From: Gonapodya sp. JEL0774
Taxonomy: Eukaryota
Length of the DNA stretch: 64,000 bases
NCBI GenBank assembly: GCA_027604505.1
Contig: JADIIX010000019.1
Location: forward strand, 1 to 64,000
Direction: 5' to 3'
Made by a program: the position numbers and the translations under genes. The notes beneath the pieces are model-generated. The model was not told where the DNA came from and ran no database searches. It saw only the letters and a list, made by a program, of their open reading frames with translations. This document shows positions 1 to 12,100 of the stretch, piece after piece (the first letter of the stretch is position 1; each line of letters begins with the position of its first letter).

Positions 1-1976
1 CCCCCCCCAGTGCTCGAACTTTGGCCTCCCTGGGCCCTGTGCCCAGAGGCTGCGCCTTCCTTGTTTGATTCCTCTGTGCGCTTCTGGGCTGCGATGCCAT
101 GTGTTTCGGCAGCCCCTGTAGCACTGGCTCCTGGTGTGGGTGGGGTCGATGTCCCCCCCCTGCAACAGTTGTCGGTGCACCAGTCATCGCTCCGTTCACT
201 GTCAAGCCCCCCGTTCCCTTCCCCTGCTTTGTTGCAGCTCGGCTAGCAGGGCCGCGCACGGGGTTGTGCCCCAGGACCTGTCGGCCACCGACCCCCCGGC
301 CTTTTCTCCTTCCCCCCCGTCTGCCACTGTCCCAACGCCTCGGGGGCAGTGCCCGCGGTCTCGGAGCCTTCCTTGCGTATGTTGGGCTGGGCTCGAGTGT
401 CAGGCGCTGCATCCGGTGCCCTGGTGGGGTCTCCAGGTGCGTCTGCCGGTGCGTGTCCACCATCACCCCCTCTGGCCGGTGACCCCGAGTCCACCTGCAA
501 CTTTTGACCACCGTCAGACTTCCCCCTAGAGGGGTCAGTCCTTCTGTGGCCATTGGTTGCATCTGTTGCTGCCGGGGTCTGAACATCCCCAATGGTGTGT
601 TGGGTGGTGATGTCCTCCCCACCCCATTCGTACTCCTGTACAACCCTTTGGTGTATTCTGGGCATTGGGCAGTGGTGCACGTGAGGCGGACCCGTCCTGC
701 CCTCCCTCGCTCCCCCGCTCCATCCCCTCACCTGCGAAGTTGTCCAGGTTGTACAGCAGGAATCCCTCAATCGCTGCGACCCAGTCGTCTGTCCTCTTCT
801 CCATCCTTGCCACCCAGAACTCGAGTGCGCAGCACTCAAGCTCTAACTGCTTGAGGTGCAGACAGGTGTCTGCAAGCTCTCCACGGAGCAGGGCCACCTC
901 CTCCTCAAGGTCAGCCACTGTTGGAGGAGCCCAAGCGCTTCCTCCGCGCTACACGCCTCGGGAATCTGCGGGACTGGGGGCAGCGGCTTGGGGTCCGATG
1001 CGGGACAGTGACCATCTGCCGGCATCTTTCCCCGCCCATCACCTCCAGTCAACAACTCGGGCAGTCCAGTGGGCTCGGCTTCCACGCTTGGGGGTCTTGC
1101 AAGCCCCTTTTGTGCTCCACCCAGAGGCTCCACAAAGTTGAACTGCTCCAGCGTGGGCATTGACAAACCCAACACCAGAGGGGGGTTCTTCTTTGTCCGC
1201 TTCGCAGCTGGCTTCAAGGTCCCAGCATTCAGCGGCTTCCCCAAGATTGGTTGCAAAGGGACTCTGCCTCAAAAGGCCTTCTCCTTCCTCGCCCACTCCG
1301 CATGTTCCTCTGCACATGCCGGTGTCTTCTCCAGGGTCGCTGACGGGTTGAAGCTCCGCTTGCACAACAAGCACAGGATGTGAATTGGCATCGCTCCCTT
1401 CCCTTGAATCCTGCTGCCGCCTGTTGACTTTGTCTTCAGGGCGGTTGACTTGCAGTTGGAGTGGATGCAGGCAGCCCTGCCCTTCACCTGTTTCTGCACA
1501 TCGCGTTCCATGGCCTTGTAGGCCTCTGGTTCCACTTTTGCCTTCACTGTCCACCGCGATAAAGTGTGTGGGGGGCGACCCCACAGTTCCCGACACCATT
1601 TCCACGTCGTCCTCCTTGTCACTCGACTCCACGCTTCCACTCGGAACAAAGCCCCCCCTGGCTTTTGCTGTCTGATGCGCACGTTGGGGCCGGGCCGAGG
1701 GGGAGAGCACTCTTTCTCCCAGTCAGTCCTCTGCCCCCACCAGCAACTGCGTCACAGACCCCACTTCCCACCAGCCCAGATCTTAGCCCCCCCCATCTCA
1801 CCATCAGATGGCAAGTCTGACAAGTTGACATCAGACCCGAATGCCTCATCCTCATCCCTTGTGGCCAACTGGCTGTCCTTGTCACTTAGTGCCCGTTCAC
1901 TGGTATGAGGATGTTTCTTCCCCCTGCCGGGGATCGGCAAGGAGAGAACAATGGCGCTTGAGGTCCCGGCCATCAT
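1..1976 (-). mobile_element. Decayed ORF1/gag-like gene of a probable non-LTR retroelement (runs off the window start)
   Basis: ORFs 1752-1976, 1269-1682 and 843-1256 share one frame, broken only by TGA codons at 1752 and 1269 (probably CGA>TGA). They contain a Cys ribbon CIHSNC...CLLCKRSF. After a frameshift comes a coiled coil (ADLEEEVALLRGELAD, ORF 535-918) and a WSKVA-type motif. GC-rich, no introns. Element class is inferred; RT is not in the window. Confidence 0.55.
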
Positions 1977-2088
1977 TTGACTTGACTGATGGGGTTTTCA
2001 TGCCCCTGCTGGAATTGTCGGTTTTTTGTTTGCACAAGTGTGACTGCCGGTTTTATATTCAAGCAGCTCCCCCTAGCGGTAAGCTCTA

Positions 2089-2465
2089 TGTTGCCCTGGT
2101 GACACCAAGAACGCGATATGTGTGGTGTGAGGTCAGTCGTATGGGGTCTGACCTTTGTAAGACCTCATACAAGGCGAGGTGACAGGAGAGGTGCTTGGTG
2201 CAATCTTGGTTCCAACTGAGATGGGACGTGAGATCAAGGATGCATCTCACACAAAACCCAGCAGTGAGGGTAAGGAAGCTGTGCGGACGTTATTTGATTG
2301 GGGAAAGAGTGGGAACAAGGTTGACGCTCAGTGGTGTATAGAACCTTTCGTTGACGGTACAAGCGTGCGGAACACTAAGTGGCATTGCAAGGTACGAGGT
2401 CAGAGAACGCTTAATAGAGTTAAAGTTGAAGAAAGTGAAGTGCTTCGGGTTCAGTGACCCTAACA
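2089..2465. mobile_element. Possible solo LTR
   Basis: 377-nt segment with no recognisable gene, bounded by TGTT...AACA. Only 3 nt (CTA) are duplicated at the flanks, and there is no PBS. Confidence 0.25.
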
Positions 2466-3134
2466 CTATTGTGATTCAGTGATCACAAAAATAAAAGCAA
2501 TGCACCTCAGTGGGTGAGGGGTGTCGGTTGAGTGTCCTGGCCCATGTGACTGTGATCAAGATTCTGAGAGCTGACTTGTTAACCAGATCGTAATACTTTA
2601 TTGGATTAGTTCACTGCAAGCAGCAAACTTGACTTATCCGTGGTCGTGAAGTCGAAAATGCGTCTGCATGAACTGTTGTGGCGGTTTCGATGGGTGTCAG
2701 GTGTCAGAAGTGACAACACCGGCAAATGGGACGAAGAGAGGGGAAGTGAAAGGATAATGTGAGAGGGAGTGTGATTTGCCCAGATGCGACGTCAGTTGCG
2801 GCATCAAAAAGGAGTTTTGACGGGTTGGTCGGGGGGAGAGAAAAATTGTCCGAGAGGCCAGAAATGAGGGAGAATGATACATAAGGATGGAGAGAGATTG
2901 ATGTTAATGGAAATCTATGGAAAAGCGGGGTGATGGGGGTGTTTCGCGATGGATTCTGATTGGGCGATCAGATGGGGAGGACTACAGGCCGCAGGGCTGT
3001 TTTGGAGGCTGAATAAATTGCAGGAGGGGATCATTCACCCACACGCCCAAAGTACGCGGCCTGACAAGCCTCCGAACGTTTGCACATTGGCTTTTACTTC
3101 GACCCCATGTCGGAGGACAACTGTTCGGACCAGT

Positions 3135-3284
3135 TGGGTGACAGTGTTCATGATCATCCAACATTGCTTCTGCCAAAAAGTTTTCTTCTTCAATCCACTC
3201 CCGGACAGAGTAACCATTGGACTGCACATAAGATTCCACAAGTGGGCCATTCTGACGACAGTGGAGAAGTGCTCCAACTTCATA
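3135..3284 (-). pseudogene. Degenerate chromodomain (chromovirus-integrase-like relic)
   Basis: YEVGALLHCRQNGPLVESYVQSNGYSVREWIEEENFLAEAMLDDHEHCHP follows the chromo pattern YEVExIL..R.G...YxVxWxGY..xWxxEENL...LxxF. The cage Trp is replaced by Ser, and there is no coherent upstream gene. Confidence 0.45.
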
Positions 3285-3537
3285 AAGTCTGGAACCATCG
3301 AAGCTGGAGCCAACCACATCCCACAACCCTCCATGGTCTCAGGATATATCAAGGACACAAAATCCAGGGATTCACAACTTGCAGAGTAGAGATCGCAAGT
3401 TTAATAGCTTATGATACACCAAAACATTGGAAATTTGAACAACGTCAAACAGAACAAGTGGCTGATAGCCAGGAACTACAAAGAAAACAGCTGATGCTAG
3501 ATATTGTTTCACAGAGGTCGAGACAGTTCAGGCATGC

Positions 3538-4537
3538 TTAGATCCACTTTGGATGAGTGGTTTTCATTCGGACCAGGTCGGTATCAAATAGCTCAATGAA
3601 TTGCTCATTTAGAATGCGCACTTTTGGACCTGCATATCTTCGATATTCCTGGGCAAATGGAAGGGATAGAAGCAGGTGATATATTTTTTCCATAAAGCAA
3701 ATGGATACCTACCTCCAGAATCGATGTTAAATTCCAACGTTGAAGTTTTCGCAGGCATCCGATGACAGTCCCTTTAAAGTATTAAGAGAAAAAAAAAAAA
3801 AAAACAAGAAGGGGCAAAGTGAGGCGGAACACACTACCCATGTGGTCTTGCATCCCATCTACTTGCTTGAGTGTTGTGAGGAAAATAAATTACATCCGCT
3901 TAGAATTGGAACAAGCTCTTTGGAAAGGCACTCTCCACAAATGAATGCTCTGTCACAGAAATGCTCCTTTCCTATCCTGAGTCCATCGCTGTTGCACGTC
4001 AGACTACACCCCTCGTGTCGGTGATGCCTACCTGTTCTATGTCGGCCTAAGTTGCACATGACCATCACCGGATAGTTCTTTGAATCCAAGATGAGCTCCA
4101 TGGCCTCCAGAACGACTTCCTCGGAGATGGGATCCCACGCGTTCGTGGAAGTGGTGGTGCCAAGATGGTGCATCTGGATCTCTTGGTCGTCCACGAAGTT
4201 AAGACTATTTGAGATGTCGGAGAGAAGGGTGCGTACGGAAGTACAATGTCAAGAGGAAAGATGTCACAAACATCTCAGTCAGTCTCCAATCTCACAACGT
4301 CTGGTTAGGGTCCTCGGGAGCCAGATAAATGACAGTCTTAAGTCCCAGACGTTCCAGGAAGGGGAAATTCAGTTCATTTGGTTGCCCTGATCGATAAAGA
4401 TCCTCTTCAATCATCCCGAAATTCTGTGGAGATTGTTTGAATCATCAGTCTCAGAACAATCTTCTTCTTCCTTCCCTTCTATCACCAAAATTACTCCAGA
4501 TACTCACCAATGGGGGAATAAAGTGTTGGGAAGCCAT
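3538..4537 (-). CDS. OCA1: Oca1/Siw14-family atypical dual-specificity (inositol pyrophosphate-type) phosphatase, multi-exon
   Basis: Spliced: MASQHFIPPL|NFGMIEEDLYRSGQPNELNFPFLERLGLKTVIYL...[57 protein letters not shown]...KWI*. Carries the CxxGxHRTG motif. Confidence 0.88.
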
Positions 4538-4618
4538 ATTATAATGATAGCAGTTGTTTTGTGTGTGGCTATCAAATCCACCTGTAGTCAGGCAGCCTGC
4601 TGCAGTTTTGTGAAAAGA

Positions 4619-7343
4619 ATGCAATCGCAGTCGGGCGACGATTGGAGAATCATCGGGGTTCCTCCAAACACTCCACGACTCCGCCTTCGAAGTACATCTG
4701 CCGACTATGTAAACGCCGAAACGAAATGGTCATCAGAACGACACTTGGGACGTGGCGGCGGGCCACTGCAGTCAGATTATGATCGTGATGCTCACTCGGA
4801 TGGAGACGCAGTTTCACGTCACAAAAGACGTGTGAAGAAAAAGAAGCCTGGGAAGCAACAAGTTCTCTTCGACTCTGCGAAGGAGGGAAACATGTCATTT
4901 AAGGAAGTGCTAGCTAAGCGGCTGTCATTTGCTCTGCCAGTCCCCAGGGCTGCACTGTCGTCGGGACAAACCAAACCGGGAGTCCATGCAAATGGGCTAC
5001 AGGTGTCATTATCGCCGGAACTTTCGACAACAACGTTCCATCGCTCATTAGACGCAGTGCAGCATCTTGTCTTGAAGGTTAAGCTCTTCAAATTGCGAGA
5101 AGGCCCGCTGATGCGAAGTGGAGGTCAAGGTGGCTAGGCACTCTGATCCTTACCACCGTGTCGAAATCAAGTTGTGTATTTCACCCCCAGCACCAGACTT
5201 TATATCTTCGAACGAAAACGATCTTTGTTGCGACGCAACTGTTTCCTGGCAACAGAAAATATTCAGTCCACGGTGGGTGTGGAGTTCGCCCTTCAAAACA
5301 TGCTTTCCTCCTTTATGTCTCCTCCGTACACAGAGAAATTATATACCTCCACCGTCTTGATGCCTCCATGGCTACTGCCCTTGAGGTCCAACAAAAATCT
5401 ATCGTGACGAAGGCTGGGCAAAAGATAGGGTCCACTGAGCACACTGTAATGACGGCAGGTCACGAAGGTGCACTGGGTGAGCAAAAGGTTAGACCCTGCC
5501 TCCAAAACGTATGTGTGTCGTAATAGGCATTGGATCCCAGGTCGCTCCGTTCTCTTTACTCGGGTGGACTCCGAATGCAAATATCTGCAGCGTCCGGGTT
5601 TGCACAGAGTTACTGACTCTCCAGATGAGAGAATGTCAGCACTGGTCAATAGAATAGAATCAGAGCGACGAAACAGTAAGTTCAAGGCTTTCGCGGGGAA
5701 TCACCCACCTTTATGCCAGCCACTAATCCACTTCAATTTGCGGGACATGACGTTCCACCAAGAACAACAATCCGAGGGAGACGACAACAGCAACCGTGGC
5801 GCAGAATCCCTTCTTGGCGCAAAGTATACCGAGATGCAAGTGTTGGCGTTTCTCCGAAGTGGCAGGTGATTGAAGGCAGTCGGTTGATTCTACCCTTCAA
5901 TAGTTCGAATTCTGATTTAAAACATTCGCATTTCCACTGAATGACACGAAACAGCTACCAAGATGAAAGCACTGGTCAAGATGTCGACATATGGGTGGAG
6001 AAAACCCTTTGTACAGCACGGGCGTATGAAAGTGGTTTACTTTCGCTCACAGTGGGTGGACCCAGATCGACGCATTAGTCCTCTGGTAACCGCATTCTGA
6101 TATCGTTTAGCCCGGTATTACGCGTCCTGGCGTGCGTGCTTCCTTTACGGTGGATAACGGGGATTGCTATGGGGTCTACATTGAGAACGCCTCCAAGAGT
6201 TTGGACAGGGAGGAAGAAGATCGGGAGTTTGAAATGTTTGAGGAATTGTACAGAAAGTGTGTTGCCTCTGCTGCTGACTGTTCCTTTCTCGCAATTCCTT
6301 TCTTCATGTTACGTCTTGATGCAGACGAGCTGATCTTCGCGCTTCAACAGTAGGGGACGATTTCCTCCCCCCTCCCCCACTCCGGGGACTCCGCCTTCAA
6401 CTCCAAATCGAGATTGTTTCAGCTCACAATTTTGTGAATGGTGGAATCTACATTCAGTACATGCTGGATTTCCCTGATTGTTGGGAGGTTTGGTCTCCTG
6501 TTATTGGGGTTGGCGGTCAAACTGGACCACATTCAAGAGCAGGAGAGGTGACTGCTTGCACGCAGATTGTAGACTCAGCATGGGATTGGCAAAGGGGTGG
6601 CTGGTTTGCTGCGCTGGGATATTCTGTGGAGGCAGTGGCGGAAGTTGTTGCCCAGCAACATGGTGGGCTTACCGTCGTCGAACGAGCAATCTTCGAAATG
6701 ATCCGTCATATTTTTCAGCATTTTGCTCACAGATGCCCGTCCCACTCCGTATCCAATTCTGTACCTGCAAGTGTGCTCTGTCGATACTTGGCAAAAGTAT
6801 CGCGTGGAAGGCTATGGGCAGCTTCGCATTCCCACAAACCCAGGAGACTACGATTTGGACATAGCCACATGGCGGCCCTTACCTAGACCTGCTGAGAAAA
6901 TGCAGGAACATTTCTTGGGTGGGATGAGGATTTTGGAAGACATTTCCTGGGTCAGGATTCCCGCACGTGAAGAGGTGACTGTCTCTGGAGTAGCGAGCAT
7001 CTTTGCCTGAGGACTGGAAACAATGGTCAGTCCATGGAAGCTGACATTTTCTAATCAAAGCAGACTTCGCGCCTCAGTAAGTTCGGACTCCGAACTGAGA
7101 GTTCAGGGATGGTGCGTGTGCGGATCTCCACTATCCACCAATGTGTGTGAGTATCGGGAATTTGAATGAACCTTGCAGGCGATCTTACTGTCTGAATTAA
7201 AAACACTCTTGCCTCGATTCAGAACGCACCTGGTTCGGAGGACAGATGTGCAAGTGCGCGGGAACGTCAAGGCCGTCTCAGACGCACTTCAGAGAGCAAG
7301 AGAACGTCTTGCACGTTTACATGATGACAAACGCTTAGATTGA
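4619..7343 (+). CDS. MKS1: Meckel syndrome type 1 protein (ciliary transition-zone B9/C2 domain), multi-exon
   Basis: WQQKIFSP; LCTARAYESGLL; VGDDF..LRLQLQIEIVSAHNF; LYLQVCSVDTWQKYRVEGYG..IPTNPG..TWRP..HFLGG; SKFGLRTESSG; C-terminal ALQRARERL. Start codon is tentative. Confidence 0.85.
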
Positions 7344-7415
7344 TTTGAGGAAACATGTCGTGAACTAAATAGGTTTACATTGTTGAGTTCGATGATTTTC
7401 AACTACATCTCCTAA

Positions 7416-9109
7416 ATGGCCCAACATGGGGAAGCCGTACTAAGCGAGACATATTACGCGTTACGAGAAGCAGCATCAAATACCTTCTCCACTCTAGCGC
7501 AGTGGTCACGGTCGCTTTCGTCCAATGGGGATGTCGAGCCGGTTACCCTCTTCGGGAAGCAGTACCCAGACTCCGCGTCCGCCGACTTTCTCGCTCATTG
7601 GGCATCCTTACCGCGAATCACCTATCGATACTCATTCCCAAGAATCGAGCCTTCTGAGTTGACCTCGGACGTGGGTTGGGGTTGCATGATCAGGTCTGGA
7701 CAAATGGTACTTGCAACAGCACTGCTTAGAACTGCGCTTGGCAGAGAATGGAGGCTGGCGAGCTTAATGGAAAACAACGCAAGAGAGACATACTGCGCGG
7801 TGAGCTGGAACCAGCGAGCAGGTAGATCCTTGCTGAGATACTCGAATCCCCACCACGGACACCACATCCCTGTCTTTGAAAACGCCTTGCCATGAAGATT
7901 ATGAGATCATTTCTGGACTGTCCCGACGCTGTGCAGTATCCATTTTCCATACACAATATTGTGGCAGTCGCCGAAAGACTGTATTCAGTGAAAATGGGGA
8001 GCTGGTTTGCGCCGACAACAATATCCCAATCACTGAAGTGAGCGTCTTGTCAGCAGGAAATCGGTGATTGCGAAGTGTTGACTCTAAGCTGTTTCCACCT
8101 CTTACTCTTTTTCAGAACAATCCTTCAGGACCTCAAGAACCGAGGGACTACAAAATCTCCATTGCCATCTGACCTCAACCTTCTTTGTCATGTAGCAATG
8201 GACGGAGCTCTCTACATTGCTGATGTTCTCGACCTTCAATCCTCATCGTTACGGAATCGATCCCCACCTCCCCAGTCCTTACCCTCTTCCCAAACGATTG
8301 TCTCCGATGCGGAATTGCAGTGGACTCCGATTCTCATCCTTGTACCTATTCGATTGGGTGTGGAGTCTTTGAATCCCCTGTATCAAGGACCACTTCAGGT
8401 GAGCAACTCTGCGAAGTGTCAATTCAAGGGTATTCGCCGCGTTTCACCAACCAACTCCAGCGATCTCTTCAGGCGTGCTTGCGATTATCATTTTGTGTTG
8501 GAATTGCGGGGTAGGTGAAGGGCTATTTTTTTCTTTCCTTTTCCTCCCGTTGGTTTGATTGCGATCTCCGGTAACACAGCGGCCGCCCAAACTCCTCGTT
8601 GTACTTTGTCGGGACGCGAGGCTCAGGTGATGTATTATATCTGGATCCACACGACCCACGAGCAAGTGCGCATCCTTGCAAGTTTGTGCGACGTCATGCT
8701 TACTCAATTCCATTTCATGGTCAGCAATCCCAATTCGCCCGAGCGGTAACTACAGCCCGGAGGTTCGCCTTCAACTAGTTCCGTCGCGTAATAAAGCCTA
8801 TGGCTCACATTTTTGTGCAAACTCGTTATAGGACTTCGCATCATTCCACACACATCAACCCCGCTCCCTACCCCTTTCTGCTTTGGATCCATCAATGGTG
8901 GTTGGATTCTTGTGTGTAACAAGAAGCGATTTCTCATTGATGTGCGAAGATATCCGACGTATAGTGAGTCGCATTGCGTTGTGATTTCAGTTGGTTCGTT
9001 GTTCATTTCACTGTGATGGCTCCCGAAGTCGCAAGATGGGCGCCAATCACTGTTTGCGGTGGAGGACACCCGACCCTCTTTCGTCGACCTGAGTGACGAT
9101 GACATGTAA
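7416..9109 (+). CDS. ATG4: Cysteine protease Atg4 (peptidase C54), multi-exon
   Basis: TYRYSF..I; TSDVGWGCMIRSGQM (catalytic Cys); ILVPIRLG; GIAGGRPNSSLYFVG; YLDPH (catalytic Asp/His); ends SFVDLSDDDM*. Confidence 0.93.
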
Positions 9110-9164
9110 AAGTACTTTTGTATCATTGCTGAATGTATATACAGATGGATTACAAATAATCCGC

Positions 9165-12100
9165 TCAGTTGAGGGATCCTCGACAGTTCTTCGATCCACA
9201 GTAGCAAGGCAGCTTATCAGCCTCGATAGGGAACTCTGACGGATTACGTGGAATGCTCAGAATGCTCAAGCAAAGTGCGACAACCAAGACGTGATGCTCA
9301 CTGTAATCGTACGTGATTTCCTCACCCGCCTCAATGTCCTTTTTGGCGTATATAACAATTTTTTTCTGTCCGTCGATATTGACAATTTTGGCGTTGCAGT
9401 TGGACTTGGGGGGAACTTAGTCACATCGTTCGTTGCCACTTGTCAAGAACAGACGAAACTCACATCACACGAGTGATTAATGAAGCGCGCAAGGTTTCCC
9501 ATTTTAGTCGCATCAATAATGGTATCCTCATCTACACGAAAAAGGTAGCTGCTGCCAATTCCGGAAGCAAGATACTGATATTCCCGTTGATCTGCAACTC
9601 GCTGGCGAATAAGTTGGCCTATGTATTCGACCACGATATCTGTGTTCATTGGAAATAGAGTGTGTCAAAAGAACCATTACCTAAGTGCTATCTCGAGTGA
9701 GCGACCCACCGCCAGCATCCACAGCTTCGTGCGCAAACAAACCCCAGTTGTGAATTGGACTCCTCCCGAAACGGAGTTTCTTCGCTCGTTCCTTGAATTG
9801 TCCCAAGCCCGCAACATCCCCGGCATCTCCAGCAGCTTGCTCGAGCCCTGCAACGAGGCTGCGCTGATTCGAGCGGATGGCTCGAGAAGATATTTTGGAA
9901 CCTTGCGAAGCGAGAGACTTGGCATCTTTTGGGACCGTTGGTAAAGTCGGTTGAAGGGTTGTGGTGCGGTCACGGAGATGGGGCTTTCGCCGAGGTGTCA
10001 GCGGGTAGTAACCCTCCGTTCGCGCGGATCCACTTTTGTGGGGCGATGGTGACCGGTTCCACGCTTCACCGAAAGGTTACGAAAATCAACTCTGGCGAGA
10101 ATCAATGAACGCACAGGGGGAGTAACTACTATACCTCTTTCGTCTCCATCACGTCGACGTTCCTCCAGTTCTTTTCGGAATCGTTCCTCCATCGAGTGTC
10201 GACCTGAGCCTTCGTATTGGTGATGCCACCTCCTCCTCTCATCCACAAATGCAACTTCCAGGAACCTTCTATCTTCGTCGTCCTTCGCTCGAATATCCTC
10301 AGCAGAAACCAAATCCTCTAGGCCTGGATTGCGCGACAGTGCTTCCCGCTCATCGCGAGGACTTGCCACACACGCCAAATCCTCCCTCCAGCTTCCTACT
10401 ACGGCCTCTCTGATTATCTCCATTTCGCGTCGGCGCCGAGCCGCCGCTCGTCGGCGCCTATACGCCTCAAAAGCTCTCTCGGGTGCCCAATCTTCCGGGT
10501 CGGAGTCATTGAATGCGCCTTCAATAGACTCTCGAAACGCAGCAAAAGCCGCTGCATCACGGGTGCTAGCAGGAGTCACACGAACTACTTTAGGATGGGG
10601 TTGTGATTTCGGAGGTCGGCTTTTGGGTGGACGCACGACAGTAGCCACTGCAACAGACGGCGGTTGGGGTGTCGCAGCAGGTGTCACTGGGAGGTCAGGT
10701 GGTAGAGGTACCAAGGCGTGTTCAAGTTTCACTTTCTGAAGGGTAGGCGCGGGAGGCGGCACTACACCCTCCAATGAAGGCTCCAGTTCCGCATTGGGCT
10801 CATCGACTTCCATGTCGTCCTTTACGGGACCGTTGATGTTCTCTTGATCGTTTCTATAGTCCATAGCGGTGTTCTTCCCCACCTCACTTTCGTCTTCTGA
10901 TTCTACCACCACTTTCCTGTACTTCATCCTCCCTCCAAAGAACTCCTCGAGTTCATCATCATCAGTCTCCACAACGCTCCGCTCATCCGCTTCCTCGCTT
11001 TCCCTCTTTTGAACTTTGCGTGGGGGCCGATTGTCCTCTTCCGCAGTGTCTTCCTTTGCAGTCCGTCGACGCGTACGTTTAGACTTCGAGAGTTTCTTCC
11101 GACGAGATAAAACTATTGGCTCAGATCCCGAGTCTGAATTTGATACGTCCCTCCCATGAGATGGTGATGTTATTGGTATATAATCCGGTCCTCCACCGGC
11201 CCCGTTCAGCATCCGACCTGTAGGTGAGTCGGACGATTTCGCATCATCCCCACCCCTTCTTGTAGCACGCGTTTTCTTAAAACTGGGAAGTTTTGTAGTG
11301 TATGCTTTAGCGGGCGGGGCGACGGACACATCTTGCGGAGGCAAGAAGGGATCGCCTCCTGGTTCCTGTCTGGGTGATTGCGGGGGAACAGAACCGTCTC
11401 GAGGTGACTGCTCTTGGGCCCCATCAGGGCTCTGGTCGGCTTCAATTTTGATTGAAGTGGCCGCCTCAGGCCTTGTTGAGGCACCTTCGGAGATGTTGGG
11501 CATGGACAGGGTTTCGGAAGTGCTAGCATCTGACTGTTCATTCAAATCTTTCCCAACCGATGGTTCCGTTTTGACCGGTGAAAATTCTACAGACTTTGTT
11601 GTCCGTGTATCACGCTTCGCCTCCTCCTTTGGTTGCTGCTCCTCTGGCACTGGTGTGACCTGGGCTTTTGGCATTGCCCAGCTCACCTTCCTCCCGACCT
11701 CACGTCTTAGTGGTAGCAGCGGTAGCGAGGCATTCTGTGCGGCAGGCGCCGGCCCAGGAGTTGATGGTTGTCGGGGAGGCCACAAGCCACCACGGGTCGG
11801 CAGAGCGCCGATCCCCACCCCTGCCGCAAGCCCTGCCTGCGGTAAACGACCATAATATTCCCCAACGAACTCATGCACAACACCGCTCAGCCAGCGGTTG
11901 CGAAGGTCGGCGGGGAAGTGACGGGCGAGGTCCCGGAACACAAGCTCGGCGGCCGCAGAGAGTACGGACGGAAGGACGGTTGTGTCGATAGTGACCTCTG
12001 TCGGCGCAAGGGGCACGCGGGGGGCGGAAGCTTCAGTGGGAACGGGTGGCGTAGGAGGAGGAGTCGAGGAAGGATTGGCCGGTTTGGAACCTTTCGCGTA

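Noticed and set aside
843..1976. In-frame TGA codons as selenocysteine or readthrough
   Set aside because: They fall in a frameshifted TE-like ORF with no redox motif and no SECIS. CGA>TGA decay is the simpler explanation. No in-frame TGA was needed in any conserved gene I spliced.
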